A DNA stretch of 64,000 bases from NCBI GenBank assembly GCA_051362555.1, contig CM120649.1, forward strand, positions 5,952,001-6,016,000, in the 5' to 3' direction. The notes below the pieces were generated by a model. The model made no database searches and was not told the DNA's origin. It saw only the letters and a list, made by a program, of their open reading frames with translations. Made by a program: the position numbers and the translations under genes. Below are positions 13,556 through 25,584 of this stretch, piece by piece; the first letter of the stretch is position 1; the number at the start of each line of letters is the position of its first letter. The stretch comes from Lingula anatina (taxonomy: Eukaryota; Animalia; Brachiopoda).

Positions 13556-14278
13556 CTAAAAATTAAGAGTACATAATATTACTTGACAATGAGGATTGGC
13601 ATTTTGTCTTTATTTGCACTGTTAACAGCATTTTCATTTTTTTATATAAACAGTATATGTGTCACAGTGTGCTCAGTGTCTCGTTATTCAATTCATGTTT
13701 ACAATGTGCTGATAAAAAAGCTGCAAAACAAATAAACTGAAACAAATATACTCCACTTTATTGTTATATGGTCAACACTTGAGATAACAGACCTTACATT
13801 GTGAAATAGCTTTTTGTCGAGTACAAATGGAAGTAAAGAAAATGAAAAGTAAAGAGAAACGTCGTGCTCCTACAGGGAAAACAGATTTAGTTTCTTTAGC
13901 AATGATTTACTTTTTTTACCATAAATCCTTTATGTCAACATAACACTGTGTGCAATGTTGGCAGGACATATCTCGAGCACAATCGCTGTACATAGTGAAA
14001 AATTAGTAGCTGAAATATCATCTAACTACAAAAGGCAAAAATGCTTATATTGAGAGTTAAATCTTCCTATGCCTTAAAAGACTTATAATTAGTTAATCGT
14101 ACATGCGTTTATCATAGAACCGCAGCGACTACGAACTGAATAATATTCCTACGACAACTCCTACACGAGTCTTATCCCATAAACATGGGCAAGGCCCTGT
14201 ATTAATTCTTCTTTGATGTGACTCACACCCCTTTAGAGAACAGGGACAAACGTTTATCATCTTATCATCTTTCCTCGG

Positions 14279-14280
<2 letters not shown>

Positions 14281-14356
<76 letters not shown>

Positions 14357-14365
14357 GAGAGAGAT
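14281..14365. repeat. (GT)n(GA)n microsatellite
   Basis: Direct reading. Confidence 0.95.
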
Positions 14366-15423
14366 AGGTCGTCAACAAGCATTCCAGGGACCCTGAATAC
14401 TGACAAGAATTCTACTCTAGGCGTGACACATTTTAAGCATTTCAATAAGGTGGCGCCTTGGGTATACACTGGGAAAGAGAAGAGTTACCCTGAAGACCTC
14501 GTGATGCAGGCTGGCCTAAGTGGGTAGGATGCAATAGCATAGATACTATCTGTAACCTAAAGTATAGAAACTAACTAACAGAATTTAAGAAAGACGTTAT
14601 GCTTAAAAATCTTTTCAATATAATTTGTTAAAATACAGGCCAACTTTTCTCTATAATTTGCAACAAATTCCAAGAAGGTCGGTTCCCCAGCAGAAATACC
14701 CCTCCCCTGTAAAAATCTTCGGCTGAAAATAGACAATTCCAAATATAAATTAGGCCCGTTCATTTAGAAAAGGTCTTTGTCCTCTTTTTGTTTCCCTTTT
14801 TTCTTTACATTCGTAATTAGAACAGAATACATAAAATTCAGAACAAAGCTGTTATTTTATTTAAGTATATGCCTTATATTTCAAGAAATATGTTATAGGC
14901 TACGTTCGTCACATAACTCGCTTTAAGCTTTTTGAAGTGACCCCTGACTGTCGTTCTATGCATACAATAAGAACTGAAACGAGACTAGGGTTTGGATAAA
15001 AGGCCATGATATATATCAGATTTTTATGCTAAATGTAGTCAAAATATACAAGGAATGTGGTTAGTATAATATATCATTATAATGCAGTGTGTGGTTGTAC
15101 CTGCTCAAACGGCACTGAGCGTCTATTAGAGTAACATGCGATGCTCGTTCTTAAGCTTTAGGTACTCTCCGCCCACAGGTGGGTTGAGTTGACACGATTA
15201 CAATTGTCACATTTACATCAAGGAGTGGTGACAGAAAAAAATCCTCGAGCCACGTTCAAACTGGTTTGTGACCCCATACAATTTTTCCAGGGGCGTATGA
15301 TTATCTACAGAAAAATGGCGCTCATGACAAGCACGTCCTACATATACAATTGCACCCGGTGTAAACATATGGCACTATTTTTTTCTCTTTTGTTAGATAA
15401 CACTATATAGAATGATATCCCCT

Positions 15424-15490
15424 TCCCTCTGCCAGGGCTACAGATTGATTTTTCACTAGATATTCAAGATATGTCTCTGGTTAAATTCAC
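15424..15490 (+). repeat. Dispersed repeat terminus (also ~37780-37840 + and ~29318-29378 -)
   Basis: ctct(g/a)ccagggc(t/c)acagattgattttt.actagatattca..atatgtctct shared among three loci. Confidence 0.6.
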
Positions 15491-17640
15491 GGTTATTTTC
15501 TGTACTGCGATCGCGAAAATGTCCACAAAATAATAACTGCGGCCCTGGTGTAGGGTACCCCCTCCCCCCTTTCAGGAGACGCCCATGGCCAGGACCAATG
15601 CCCCTCCGGGCAAACCGTAGATACACCTATAACTATTTTGGGTCTATGGGTCAGTATACAATGTACAAGCAGATTAACGGAATTAAACTGACCACTGGTT
15701 TTAAAACATGAACCTGCAACCTGAAACGTGTCTTCCAGTTCACAGAGACCTCCCACTTGACCTCGGACTGTAAAACCTTGTTGACTGTATTCTGTTATCT
15801 TGCATTTTTTAAGCAATAACTCTGAAGTATAAAAGCCGTACAACTTTGTGACTCTCTCACTTTGTGTATGTGTGTGTGTGTGTGTGTGTGTGGGGGGGGG
15901 GGGTGTCTTGGTATCGGGCGTGAAAGAAAAACTGAAAGGCATGTTTCATAATGATGATATGGTGCCGATACTTCAAGCGTAATATGCCTATTCAAGCAGT
16001 TGTGATACAATATACGGTGTGAAAAAGATCTCTGTTTTTTTCAGTGGCATTTTATTTGATGCATTCGTGGTTTAAAAATGTCTCACTGGTTTCTTTTTCA
16101 GCACAGTGTTATTCCTGATGACCTAACGTCTTTGTGTAGAAATTAAAATACACGACTTGGAGAGAGAGAGGGGAGGGAGGGAGGGAGACAATTGATACTT
16201 GTAGGATAATAATAATTTTACTACAAACCATTTCTCCAAAAAGTCAGAGAGGAAGATTCAGGTACTAGATATTGTCACTTATCCAGATCAATCAGATTCA
16301 GGTACAGGAATGCCCAGTATGATGTGATAGGCAGGGGATCGTGTAATTTGCACAAAATAAAAAAAAGAAAAACGAAATAGACGACATAACACATTCTCAT
16401 AAAGATCAGAAAGTCTATAACACATAAATCTGGCACCAGTACTTGTGTACCTCTGACTGCATCATCATCCATCAAGAGTGAAAAGCAAGAACAGGTAAAC
16501 TACTGGCTTTACGCAGCCTAACTCGTCACCTTTAACTTCCGCGTCGTTAGAGCGCTTAAAAAATATATATCAGCGCTCCTACATGCATCGCGACACGAAT
16601 CCACTCAAGATTATAGGCGACACAGGACATTGCATTTAAAACGCTCGTAGCATGATGTTGGACGGCGTTCGGTTACCTGTAGTTCATGGGGTCAGTCACG
16701 GTGTGTATGTTGAAGTCGTCTTCTCTGCCTAGCCTTAAACGCTACGCTTATTTTGAATTTTTCATTCGGTTGCTTTGCGATCCCGATATCAATACAGATT
16801 ATTAGTACTGTAGATTAGTAGCATGCGAGTTGTATAAGAGAGAGAGAGAGAGAGAGAGAGCGGAGACAGGGGGGAGGTAGGGGCCTAATTGTAATTCTGA
16901 TGCAGTTGTGACTGAAACATATCCTTAATCCCGCTGTTAATAAGACTTATGCATAAGGCCATCATCATTTACCTGTCGGTGAGTTTAAGTCAAGTTGTAG
17001 TTTTATGCGTAACCACTCTTAAGTACGTTACTTTAGGTGTCAGCGCACCTGATTTACCTGAGTTTAGACTTTCACAAACACGGCCATATCAGCGTACCTT
17101 ACTACGACCCACCTGTGTGCCGCCTACATGCTTATACAGTGTACCTGTGGAATGTTCAATTTACCTGACATTAAAAGCATACTCACAGCCTCTTCCGTCA
17201 TAACTGCAGGGGTCGGGTGTCCTTGGCTAATTCAATCACCGGTGTCTGACTTCTAGAGCGTGTGTGTTATGATTTATTAGTTCACAATCATCGCAGGGGT
17301 AGAGGCGGCTGAGGGGTTCCGTGGCGCAACGGTGACACCTCTCAAAGCGCGCGATGACTGCACCAAACGCGGTCACGGTTGTTACTAGCCTTGACAGTGT
17401 ATTAAGCGGAAGTTAAGTGTATAATAGAATAACGGCGCATGCTCGTGTTGTTGACGCTTGACTGGATCTAAGGGTTTTATTTACATGCTATAGACTATTG
17501 ACGATTGGGGCATGTTTATTTAGCCTTGTTTAAGCGTCTCGCCTCTGAAGTACATAAACCGTGTAATAGAGAGTGCATTAATTTCTCTCTTCTTTAAATC
17601 ATTGGTGCTTTCAGTTTTTTTCTGTGAGTCGGGGTTAAGT

Positions 17641-17643
<3 letters not shown>

Positions 17644-17718
<75 letters not shown>
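17644..17718. repeat. (TA)n microsatellite
   Basis: Direct reading. Confidence 0.95.
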
Positions 17719-17720
<2 letters not shown>

Positions 17721-18009
17721 ATGTCACCTTCTTAGGCTGATATACAGAAATGCTCATAACGTGGTCTAAAGACAAGCTCAGATATCAGTATAATAGCTAT
17801 CACTGCCGTTTTTATTTTTATATTTCTATGAGTTTTTCACAATGTTTTTATTGTGAAATATAGAAGAGTTATTATCCCTTTAATGTGACTGCAATTCAAG
17901 ATAAAAGTCGCATCGGCAGTTTTCTGTTGGTAAATTATCTTAACAGAATAGAGATAACTGAGAAATCACCAGGAGTATACATGTTATGAAATGATGAAGG
18001 AATGCAATC

Positions 18010-18345
18010 TAAGGGTGCTTTCCCAGAGATTTAGATCAGTCTAAAGATTAAGTTTTAGATCGACCTAACTCCCCGGGGGTTCACGCTAAATTGCAGTCAG
18101 CCGAGCGGGCACCATAAATAATTATCCCCTTACAGCTTTTAGTAGGCGGGACAGACGCTTGAGCCGGCCAAGCTGACAGTAATCTAGTGAGACTCCCCAC
18201 AGGGATAGATCGATCTAAAAATCTATGGAAATGGGGTGTGAGAGGCCAATCCCACAGATATTTAGATCGATCTATCCCCCTGGGGAGTCTCACTAGATTG
18301 CTGTCAGCTTAACCGGCTTAAATGTCTGTCCCGCCTACTAAAAGG
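18010..18345. mobile_element. ~220-bp MITE family: one full copy plus an adjacent inverted partial copy
   Basis: Same sequence as the copies at 33930-34149, 35474-35718 and 59431-59651; TIR core ttccca.a..tttagatcgatc. Confidence 0.8.
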
Positions 18346-18906
18346 TGCTCAGACGAAATTTCCCATACAGTATTCCTCTGTTTGGTGCCATTTTAGATAT
18401 AGTTGGTCCCTTTCCCTCCCCTTTTTAGGCCTCATAATCGATAATTGCCTTTTATAAGACGAGCCTTAAATTTAGAAGCACAAATGCACAAATTATCTAC
18501 TCCAGCCACGAATTAACTACACCAACATAGATTTACTTGTCACCGACACTAAAGACGTTTCGATCTTTTAGGAAGACGGACTGAAAGCGTGCGGCAACTG
18601 CACTAAAACTGAAAGGGCTCCGCACGGTCACTTTTCAACTGACAAACCGATTTCCCCTTCATGACCACAAAGTCATGTTGGAAAAATTGCATGGCAAACA
18701 GGCGTTACCTCAGCATACCCACCTTGCGATGTCACAAAAATTCGCGCGGCAAAACGTTTACGATTTCATCGTGCGGCGCAAATGTTATCTAGGCTCTAGT
18801 GCCTCTCCCTGTAAGGGAATTACCTGGTCACTGTTTGTAATGTTATTGCCTATAGTGACTTTGTCTGTGATGGCATTGCTTATTGCCTATGTCCGTAACA
18901 GAATTA

Positions 18907-19050
18907 CCCCCGTATCTCGAAAGCATCGCGTATTGCGAATAGCTATATCAAATAGAGGCTACAATGTTTTATATAGGACGAGTATGGGCGAGTTATGGAA
19001 TCGAGACGCTTGCGCGCGGTCGCAATGCGCGATGCTTTCGAGATACGGGG
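18907..19050. mobile_element. Short MITE upstream of the fucosyltransferase
   Basis: ccccgtatctcgaaagcatcgcgtattgcga pairs with tcgcaatgcgcgatgctttcgagatacgggg. Confidence 0.75.
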
Positions 19051-19384
19051 CCCTGGTGACTCTGTCTGTAATATAACTGTCTGGTAGTTTTAATTTTTTC
19101 TTTTTAACGAGAAGTTTGGTGTGATTTAAATGTTCGCTAAAAGGAAACTACTGGTGTTCTTGACAATGAAATGTGACATTTGAAGATGCACATAAAAACC
19201 ATCGATAAATTAATAAATAAAAGCTGTCTATTAAAAGCATGTTAGGACCACCTGGTGATTAACGATCATCATAAATAATACTAGAATTACAATATATATC
19301 GAATGCGCATTGCTGTAAAATAAGCACTTTGTATTTCGGAGGTGAGGAGTGTGAAAATATCAGCATACTATTGGTGCGCATGAA

Positions 19385-20827
19385 ATGGCAAGCCCTGTTA
19401 GACTGAAGTGTGTGTTTTTTAACATCTTGCTTGTCATTACTTGCTGGACCGCCGTCAACGTCCTCATTGTAAACTATGGTCTGTCCATGAAAGGCGTAGA
19501 TGACACATACAAGGAGAATTCTCCATCTGATAGATTAAATAATCTGGAATTAAGCATCGTCCGCCGTGAAGCCACCACAGATAATAAGGGAAGGGAAGGA
19601 AGATACCTACCTGCCACCAACCAAGTCAATTTAAAAACACTTATTCCTATGGCAAATCAAAATAAAGTAGACCTCATGCAGCACCTACAGAAAAAGAATT
19701 CGAGTATTACGCTGGATCGGGATTCAAGTGTCATCAATGTGGCGAGAAAACAGATCGGATCTCTGACCCAAAACAAGGTACTTCAGGTTAGGGAAAAGTC
19801 TATTCTGTTTTGGAACGGTTATCAGAATTTTTGCAAAGAAAAGTTCGGGCCTCCATTTCGTTCGTGCCCCATAAATGCTTGTTCTTTGACTGTGGATCGA
19901 AGACAGTCAAAAGCCGCTGATGCCATCATATTTAACCTAGCTGCTCAAGCGTTTAAAAATGAATGTCAGGGAGTGGAACCGAAATGTGAAATTCCAAATG
20001 TGAAACCCAGCCACCAGGTTTGGGTATTTTTCTCCATAGAGCCACCTTGTCAAACAAATGTATACGGCCATTTGAATAAAGAGGTGCTTCTTAATTCGTT
20101 TAACTGGACGTTTACTTACAGGATGGATTCAGATATATGGTCGCCTTATGGCATGATTATAAGACGTGACAAGCCTTTAAAACGAAACTTCTCCGAAAGT
20201 GTTAAATCTAAAACTAAGCTTGTCGCATGGGTTGTGAGTGATTGCGTCACTTGGAGCAGGAGAGAGGAGTACGTGGCAGAGCTGATGAAGTATATCGATG
20301 TCGATATTCTAGGCGAATGTGGAAGACTGTGTATATCTTGTTGGAGTTACGTGAACGCTACCTACAAATTCTACCTGGCCTTTGAAAACAGTTTTGCAGT
20401 GGACTACCTGACCGAGAAATTTTTCAGAACGTGGCACTTGGATGTCGTCCTGGTAACGAGAAGCGGTGCCAACTATTCACGGTTTGGCATAAGACCAGAA
20501 ATGCATATTGACACCTCAAATTTCTCATCACCTAAAGAGCTGGCGAATTACCTTCTTTTATTAGATAAGAACGACTCCCTGTATCTTCCGTACTTAGAGT
20601 GGAAAAACACCCACGTTTCAACCAAACCATTGGAATCCCGCTACATGAATTGGTGCGGTTTATGTGAAAAGGTGCACGAAGAGCCAAAAACGTCAAAAGT
20701 TTACACCAAACGAGAGCTTCTTGATTGGCAGTATGGATATGGAGAGATCAAAGGCTGTTACCATGCAACAGACATAGTTGGCCCGGCGCAAAACTGCACC
20801 AAGATTAATAAAAGAACATGTGTTTAA
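19385..20827 (+). CDS. Alpha-1,3-fucosyltransferase (GT10), type II Golgi membrane protein, single coding exon, 480 aa
   Basis: N-terminal TM segment and stem; ADAIIF, FNWTFTYRMDSDI..PYG, LVAWVVS.C; alpha-1,3-FucT motif YKFYLAFENSFAVDYLTEKF; terminal C.LC. Confidence 0.95.
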   Translation: MASPVRLKCVFFNILLVITCWTAVNVLIVNYGLSMKGVDDTYKENSPSDRLNNLELSIVRREATTDNKGREGRYLPATNQVNLKTLIPMANQNKVDLMQHLQKKNSSITLDRDSSVINVARKQIGSLTQNKVLQVREKSILFWNGYQNFCKEKFGPPFRSCPINACSLTVDRRQSKAADAIIFNLAAQAFKNECQGVEPKCEIPNVKPSHQVWVFFSIEPPCQTNVYGHLNKEVLLNSFNWTFTYRMDSDIWSPYGMIIRRDKPLKRNFSESVKSKTKLVAWVVSDCVTWSRREEYVAELMKYIDVDILGECGRLCISCWSYVNATYKFYLAFENSFAVDYLTEKFFRTWHLDVVLVTRSGANYSRFGIRPEMHIDTSNFSSPKELANYLLLLDKNDSLYLPYLEWKNTHVSTKPLESRYMNWCGLCEKVHEEPKTSKVYTKRELLDWQYGYGEIKGCYHATDIVGPAQNCTKINKRTCV

Positions 20828-21071
20828 ACCTGAAAAGTACAAACCTATTTTTTTTTCTTTTTGGCCTGATCAATGATGCTGTTATAAATCATTCGGTTAT
20901 CATTCCATCTATAACATCTACGTCTTCCAGATTTGGCTGTACAAGGTAAAAGTACCCTGGGTTCTACAGTTCCCTAAAAGGCAAACTATGTGTCCATCGG
21001 AAGGGGCAAAATCGTGTTGAAAATTCATTCGATATACAGTCTCGGGCATACTTTGAAATTCAGGTGAAAAG

Positions 21072-21132
<61 letters not shown>

Positions 21133-21179
21133 AAAAACTAGTGTTTTGAATCAATTAATTGCTACGGGTAATGAATAAG

Positions 21180-21360
21180 GGAGTGGTCGTGCAGAGCGAG
21201 AAAGTTCTGGGTAACATTGACAGATTAAGGCAGGAAGAACAAGCCGTAATTTGTCAACGCCGGCATATGCTATGACAGTAGAGGAAGAATTCATTTTAGA
21301 TGGAGAAAGTTGTGAAGTTGTGAATAATCTTGGGATATATAGTTAACAAGGAGGATCCTT
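21180..21360 (+). mobile_element. Possible degraded LINE (RTE-like) RT remnant
   Basis: Reads EEFILDGESCEVVNNLG, reminiscent of the post-RT 'GE.IEVV..F.YLG' motif; frame is broken. Confidence 0.25.
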
Positions 21361-22387
21361 CATATTATCCAGGTGATAGGGAGTCTCTTCACCTACTAAA
21401 TATTGTCAGTTTCTGCGAAAGTTCGACTCTTTGTAGCATATTTGTAGACGAAATGGACTAGGCACATGTGCATTTTGCAACCCTCGCAGTGCTATAATCA
21501 AAGAAACCGAAGAGACTAGCACGCACTATTAACTAGCCCTGTTTAACGGTTATAACTTTTGGGTAGGGTATAAAGTTAAGAAAACACACTGTGTAGATTA
21601 TTTATCAAGCCTTATTTTAAATAGAAAAAGTTTTTTATCTTTAACTGTAATCTGAAGAGACATGAAAAGATACGGTATTCAACACATTAAAGTAACCCCC
21701 CCCCCCCCATTCCTCCGCCTGTCTTCTGACCTTGACATGTTAATTTGGTGACGCTAAAAAATTCAGTTTGCAGCACAGTACTAGTGTGGAGTCAATTAAA
21801 ATTTAGACATATTATGCTGGGTATCATCTTTATGAATAAGCAAATGACATCTGGGATGGTATATTGGTTGATGGCGAGTACAATGTATAGTGCTTCTCAA
21901 CAAAACCAGAGAGAATGTCAAATCTTGTTATTTCTTCAGGCAGATCAACAATCATTTATATTTTCATTTTTATCATTATCGGGGTTTTATTACAGCAAGT
22001 TAAAATGTATAAAGTTTAGGGGTCACCTCTGCATGTATATACGTGGCTTGAGACTCACCTCTCCACGGGAAACGAGTATTTAATTCAATAAATGCACAGT
22101 AATGACAAAATCTGTTGAATTAGTTTGTATCAGGAATACATCATCTCTCTCATTGAAACACACCACCGGCAAGTAACTCGTATAACTATAACAGTGCAAA
22201 GTGGTCACTTTAATTCTGTGCAATACAATAACCCCCTTAACGTTACATCTACGTATGTTCTTCATCTATGTATTTTGTTCTTCACTAGTCTCTTAAATTA
22301 TCTCTTTTTTTTCTTTGTAACATCAACTTCTCACATCCCATTGAAACATTAATATGGCCTACTTCAACTGCAGAAAAACACTCGATC

Positions 22388-22560
22388 CCGGTGTAACGTG
22401 ACAGAGAGTCCCCCATGACAGAGTCCGCTTCCCATTCATTTGTACAGGTGAGCCTCGCCCGTAGATTTTTGACCCACTTAGGTCAGACTAACCCTAACCA
22501 TTATAACTATATGGAGGGCGGACTTTCTGTTACACGGACCCTCAGTTTCGTTACACCGGC
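22388..22560. mobile_element. MITE with TIR ccggtgtaacg
   Basis: ccggtgtaacg...cgttacaccgg. Confidence 0.65.
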
Positions 22561-22699
22561 GCGCCTCGATATATAATTTCGCGCTTACAAGTATGTCGCA
22601 TACAGTGGACGACTCGTGTTGTAACTATCACGCAGCAAATGCAACAGTCGGTTAGCAATAATTTGCATTATATTATACCAGATATTAAAACAAGCTTGT

Positions 22700-23790
22700 A
22701 TGCAGGGAACTAGAAAATGACTTCTCATCAAATACCGAAAGTCACAATTTAAGGTTATCTTGGCTTATTGACTTGACGGGTGACTTGAAAACACCTCTTC
22801 TTCAAATCTTATTAATTGATTTACATTAAAAGGATACTTGGAGTAATAATAAAATAAAATAAACGCTTAGTTGCGTTGTGCATTCGTAATTAAATTAGAT
22901 TAGCCAGGCCCGTAGCCAGCAATTTCAAAGGGGGGGTTCTTTTTCTAAAAAAGTGGACCTTTTACCATATAATCCCTATGTACCTAGGTCAAATTTTACC
23001 CAGAATGGACCTGTTTTCAGCAAAAAGGGGGGTTCTTTCGAACCCCCCGAACCCCCCTGGCTACGGGCCTGTTAGCATTAAAGTGAATATTGTGAATCAT
23101 TCAGCTGTATTATACTGTTCTATTCTTGCATTATGTTCGTAATATTATAACAGACACTAAGAGTTGAAAAGACTTCTCATCAACAAATGTTGACGTGTCA
23201 CAAATTAGATCTAAGGCTGTCGTGACTAATTGACTTCACGGAAGAATTGAAAACACCTGTCTCTTTCAAATCTCATTAATTGATTTACATGCACGTTCTA
23301 GAATGATGATGTACTTATCGGGTGACTTGATAAAGGTTAAAAGGATACTTGAGTTATAATAAAATAAAATAAAATAAAATACGCTTCGGTGCGTTGTGCA
23401 TTCGTAATAAAATTGCATAAGCATTAAAGTGAATATTGTGAATCATTCTGCTGTATTATGCTGTTCTATTCTTGCATTATATTCGTAGGCTAATAATATA
23501 ACAGACACCAAGAGGTGAAAAGACTACTCATCAACAAATGTTGCCGTGTCACAAGTTAGATCTAAGGATGTCGTGACTAATAACTTCACGGCAGAATTGA
23601 AAACATCTGTCTCTTTCAAATCTCATTAATTGATTTACATGCACGTTCTAAAATGAGGTGTTAATGGTCTTATCCGGTGACTCGATTAAATTTAAAAGAA
23701 TACCTGGAGTTAAAATAAAATAGAATAAAATAAAATAAAATATGCTTCAGTGCGTTGTGCATTCGTTATAATATTGCGTTAGCATTAAAC
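22700..23790. repeat. Tandem repeat, ~350-bp unit, ~3 copies; first copy interrupted by a MITE
   Basis: gact(t/a)ctcatcaa, attaattgatttacat and tgcgttgtgcattcgt each recur three times. Confidence 0.85.
22905..23071. mobile_element. MITE with CAGG..CCTG ends and 5-bp TSD (ttagc)
   Basis: caggcccgtagccag / ctggctacgggcctg; ttagc on both sides; the sister tandem units lack the insert. Confidence 0.85.
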
Positions 23791-24107
23791 ACTGAGAATA
23801 AAATCGGAGTCCAAGTGACTCCAAACTTGGCGTTCAGCAGTGGTGCCTAAAATAACTCCCAATTGGAGTCAAGTTGACTCCGATGGAGTAACGCCATCCC
23901 AGACCCCACAGGAGGGTCACAATTGACTCCATTCACACATCCCTTCATCCCCTTGATTCATCTCTACAAAAGAGTCACCATGACCCCATATTAAGGAATA
24001 TTGACTCCATGGCACATTATGGAAAAAAAAAAAAAAACAAGAACAACAACAACAGTGCCAAGCTGGGAGACAGTAGGTACGTGTACCGTCCAATAAAGAC
24101 TACTTTG

Positions 24108-24180
24108 TCCCCGGAGGGGTTCGATCCCATGCTCTCCCAGTCTGGATGCGGACACTCAAACCACAAGGCCATCCGGTCGC
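24108..24180 (-). mobile_element. tRNA-derived SINE head (degenerate)
   Basis: Minus strand shows TGGCCTTGTGG (A-box-like) and GGGATCGAACCC (B-box-like) at tRNA-like spacing; no clean cloverleaf. Confidence 0.45.
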
Positions 24181-24236
24181 AGACGGTGTTGACACACCAA
24201 TAACAAACAGTTTGTAAATCTGGTAATAAACAGCAT

Positions 24237-24277
<41 letters not shown>

Positions 24278-24373
24278 ACTCAGGGGGTGACACTTCTATT
24301 GCCCAGTGTATGTACTGTACATGTTTTAGTATCTCACAACCCTATGTAAGGTAGTTTTTGTTTCGTGGCACGC

Positions 24374-24693
24374 TTAAGGTACACTCCATGGGTTTGCTAT
24401 CCACAGCTTCTTATAAAACCAATATATACACCTTTAAAACGATTTGACCTCTTTTAAATATTTAAAAATATTTTTCTGGAGCGTGCCTGATGTTGATACT
24501 TCCATTGGAGCTTAGGAGAATGATCGCTGGTTATAACTAGCCTGTCATTGACTTAATCAACATTTACAAGTTTAATTAAAGGTCCAATCTAAATACAGAG
24601 AAGGATAGCTAAGTGATTCTTGAGTACGAGAAAATTGCTTACTTACCCGGGAAAATGCTTTCTGGCGGGTAAATCCCATGGAGTTTCCCTTTA
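24374..24693. mobile_element. TTAA-flanked MITE (Kolobok-like)
   Basis: ttaaggtacactccatggg ... cccatggagtttccctttaa; TTAA at both ends. Confidence 0.55.
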
Positions 24694-25584
24694 ACAAATA
24701 CTTTATTATTATTATAATATTATTATTATATCATTATGCAATTCGCCAGGATAAATAATCTGCCACAGGATTTAAAAAGCAATGATAATTTTCAGAAGTT
24801 TCTAGTGTGCCCAATGCTAAGTGTGTGTTGATTGCTTATTTACAGATTGCGCAATGCCGGTGATTCATGTGTGGAGAAAAGATCATCCAATAATTTATGT
24901 AAATGTTAGGAGCATATTTTGCGTGGCTATGAAAATCAATATAAAATGTTTGAGACGTTATATATGGCAATGAGATACAGTTGATTCGATGAGCTTTTTC
25001 ACAGTGCCGCAGGTGCGACAGGACAGGAATATAGAAGTGGCAACAACTTAAATGAAAGACGATTCACAAAATGTGTGCATACATATATAGTCAGGCTTTT
25101 CGAAAGCAAAATCAGGGCAAAAAAAAAAAACAACACATACATCCAGCAGATTGATATTAACATTTTTATTTCATTATGTATGAAATTATCACAGACAGGA
25201 TCACATCTGAACCCAATGAAATGTCTACTCGCGCTCCACTCATAAAAGTGAAACGCTCTAAAATGATAATAATAATAGAAATTACAAAAATAAAATAAAT
25301 AAAATAAATGAATAAATAGACATCACTTTCTTAAAATAGTTAAAGCCAAATTTAGAATAAGTTCAGAAATTACATGTACTTGGTGACCAATGTCTAGTTA
25401 CTCTCAACCCAAACCCACACCAAACTCACTAACGCACGTGTAAAAGCGAAAGCCATCAAACATATAACTATCCTGTGTAAATTACTGGAAGTTCTCGTCG
25501 TTTCACGCGAGTCTAAGATCAAATCGCTGATTAGTTCAAACTTTCGCACATCTGACATTTTTAAACATCTGTTTAAGAACACTG

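Noticed and set aside
13798-13869. Possible further upstream exon of protease A (EHDVSLYFSFSLLPFVLDKKLFHN)
   Set aside because: AG/GT-bounded and in frame, but pyrimidine-tract-like, with no ATG and no paralog support; left unannotated.
24108-24180. Functional tRNA gene
   Set aside because: A/B boxes are degenerate and there is no convincing acceptor stem; better explained as a SINE head.
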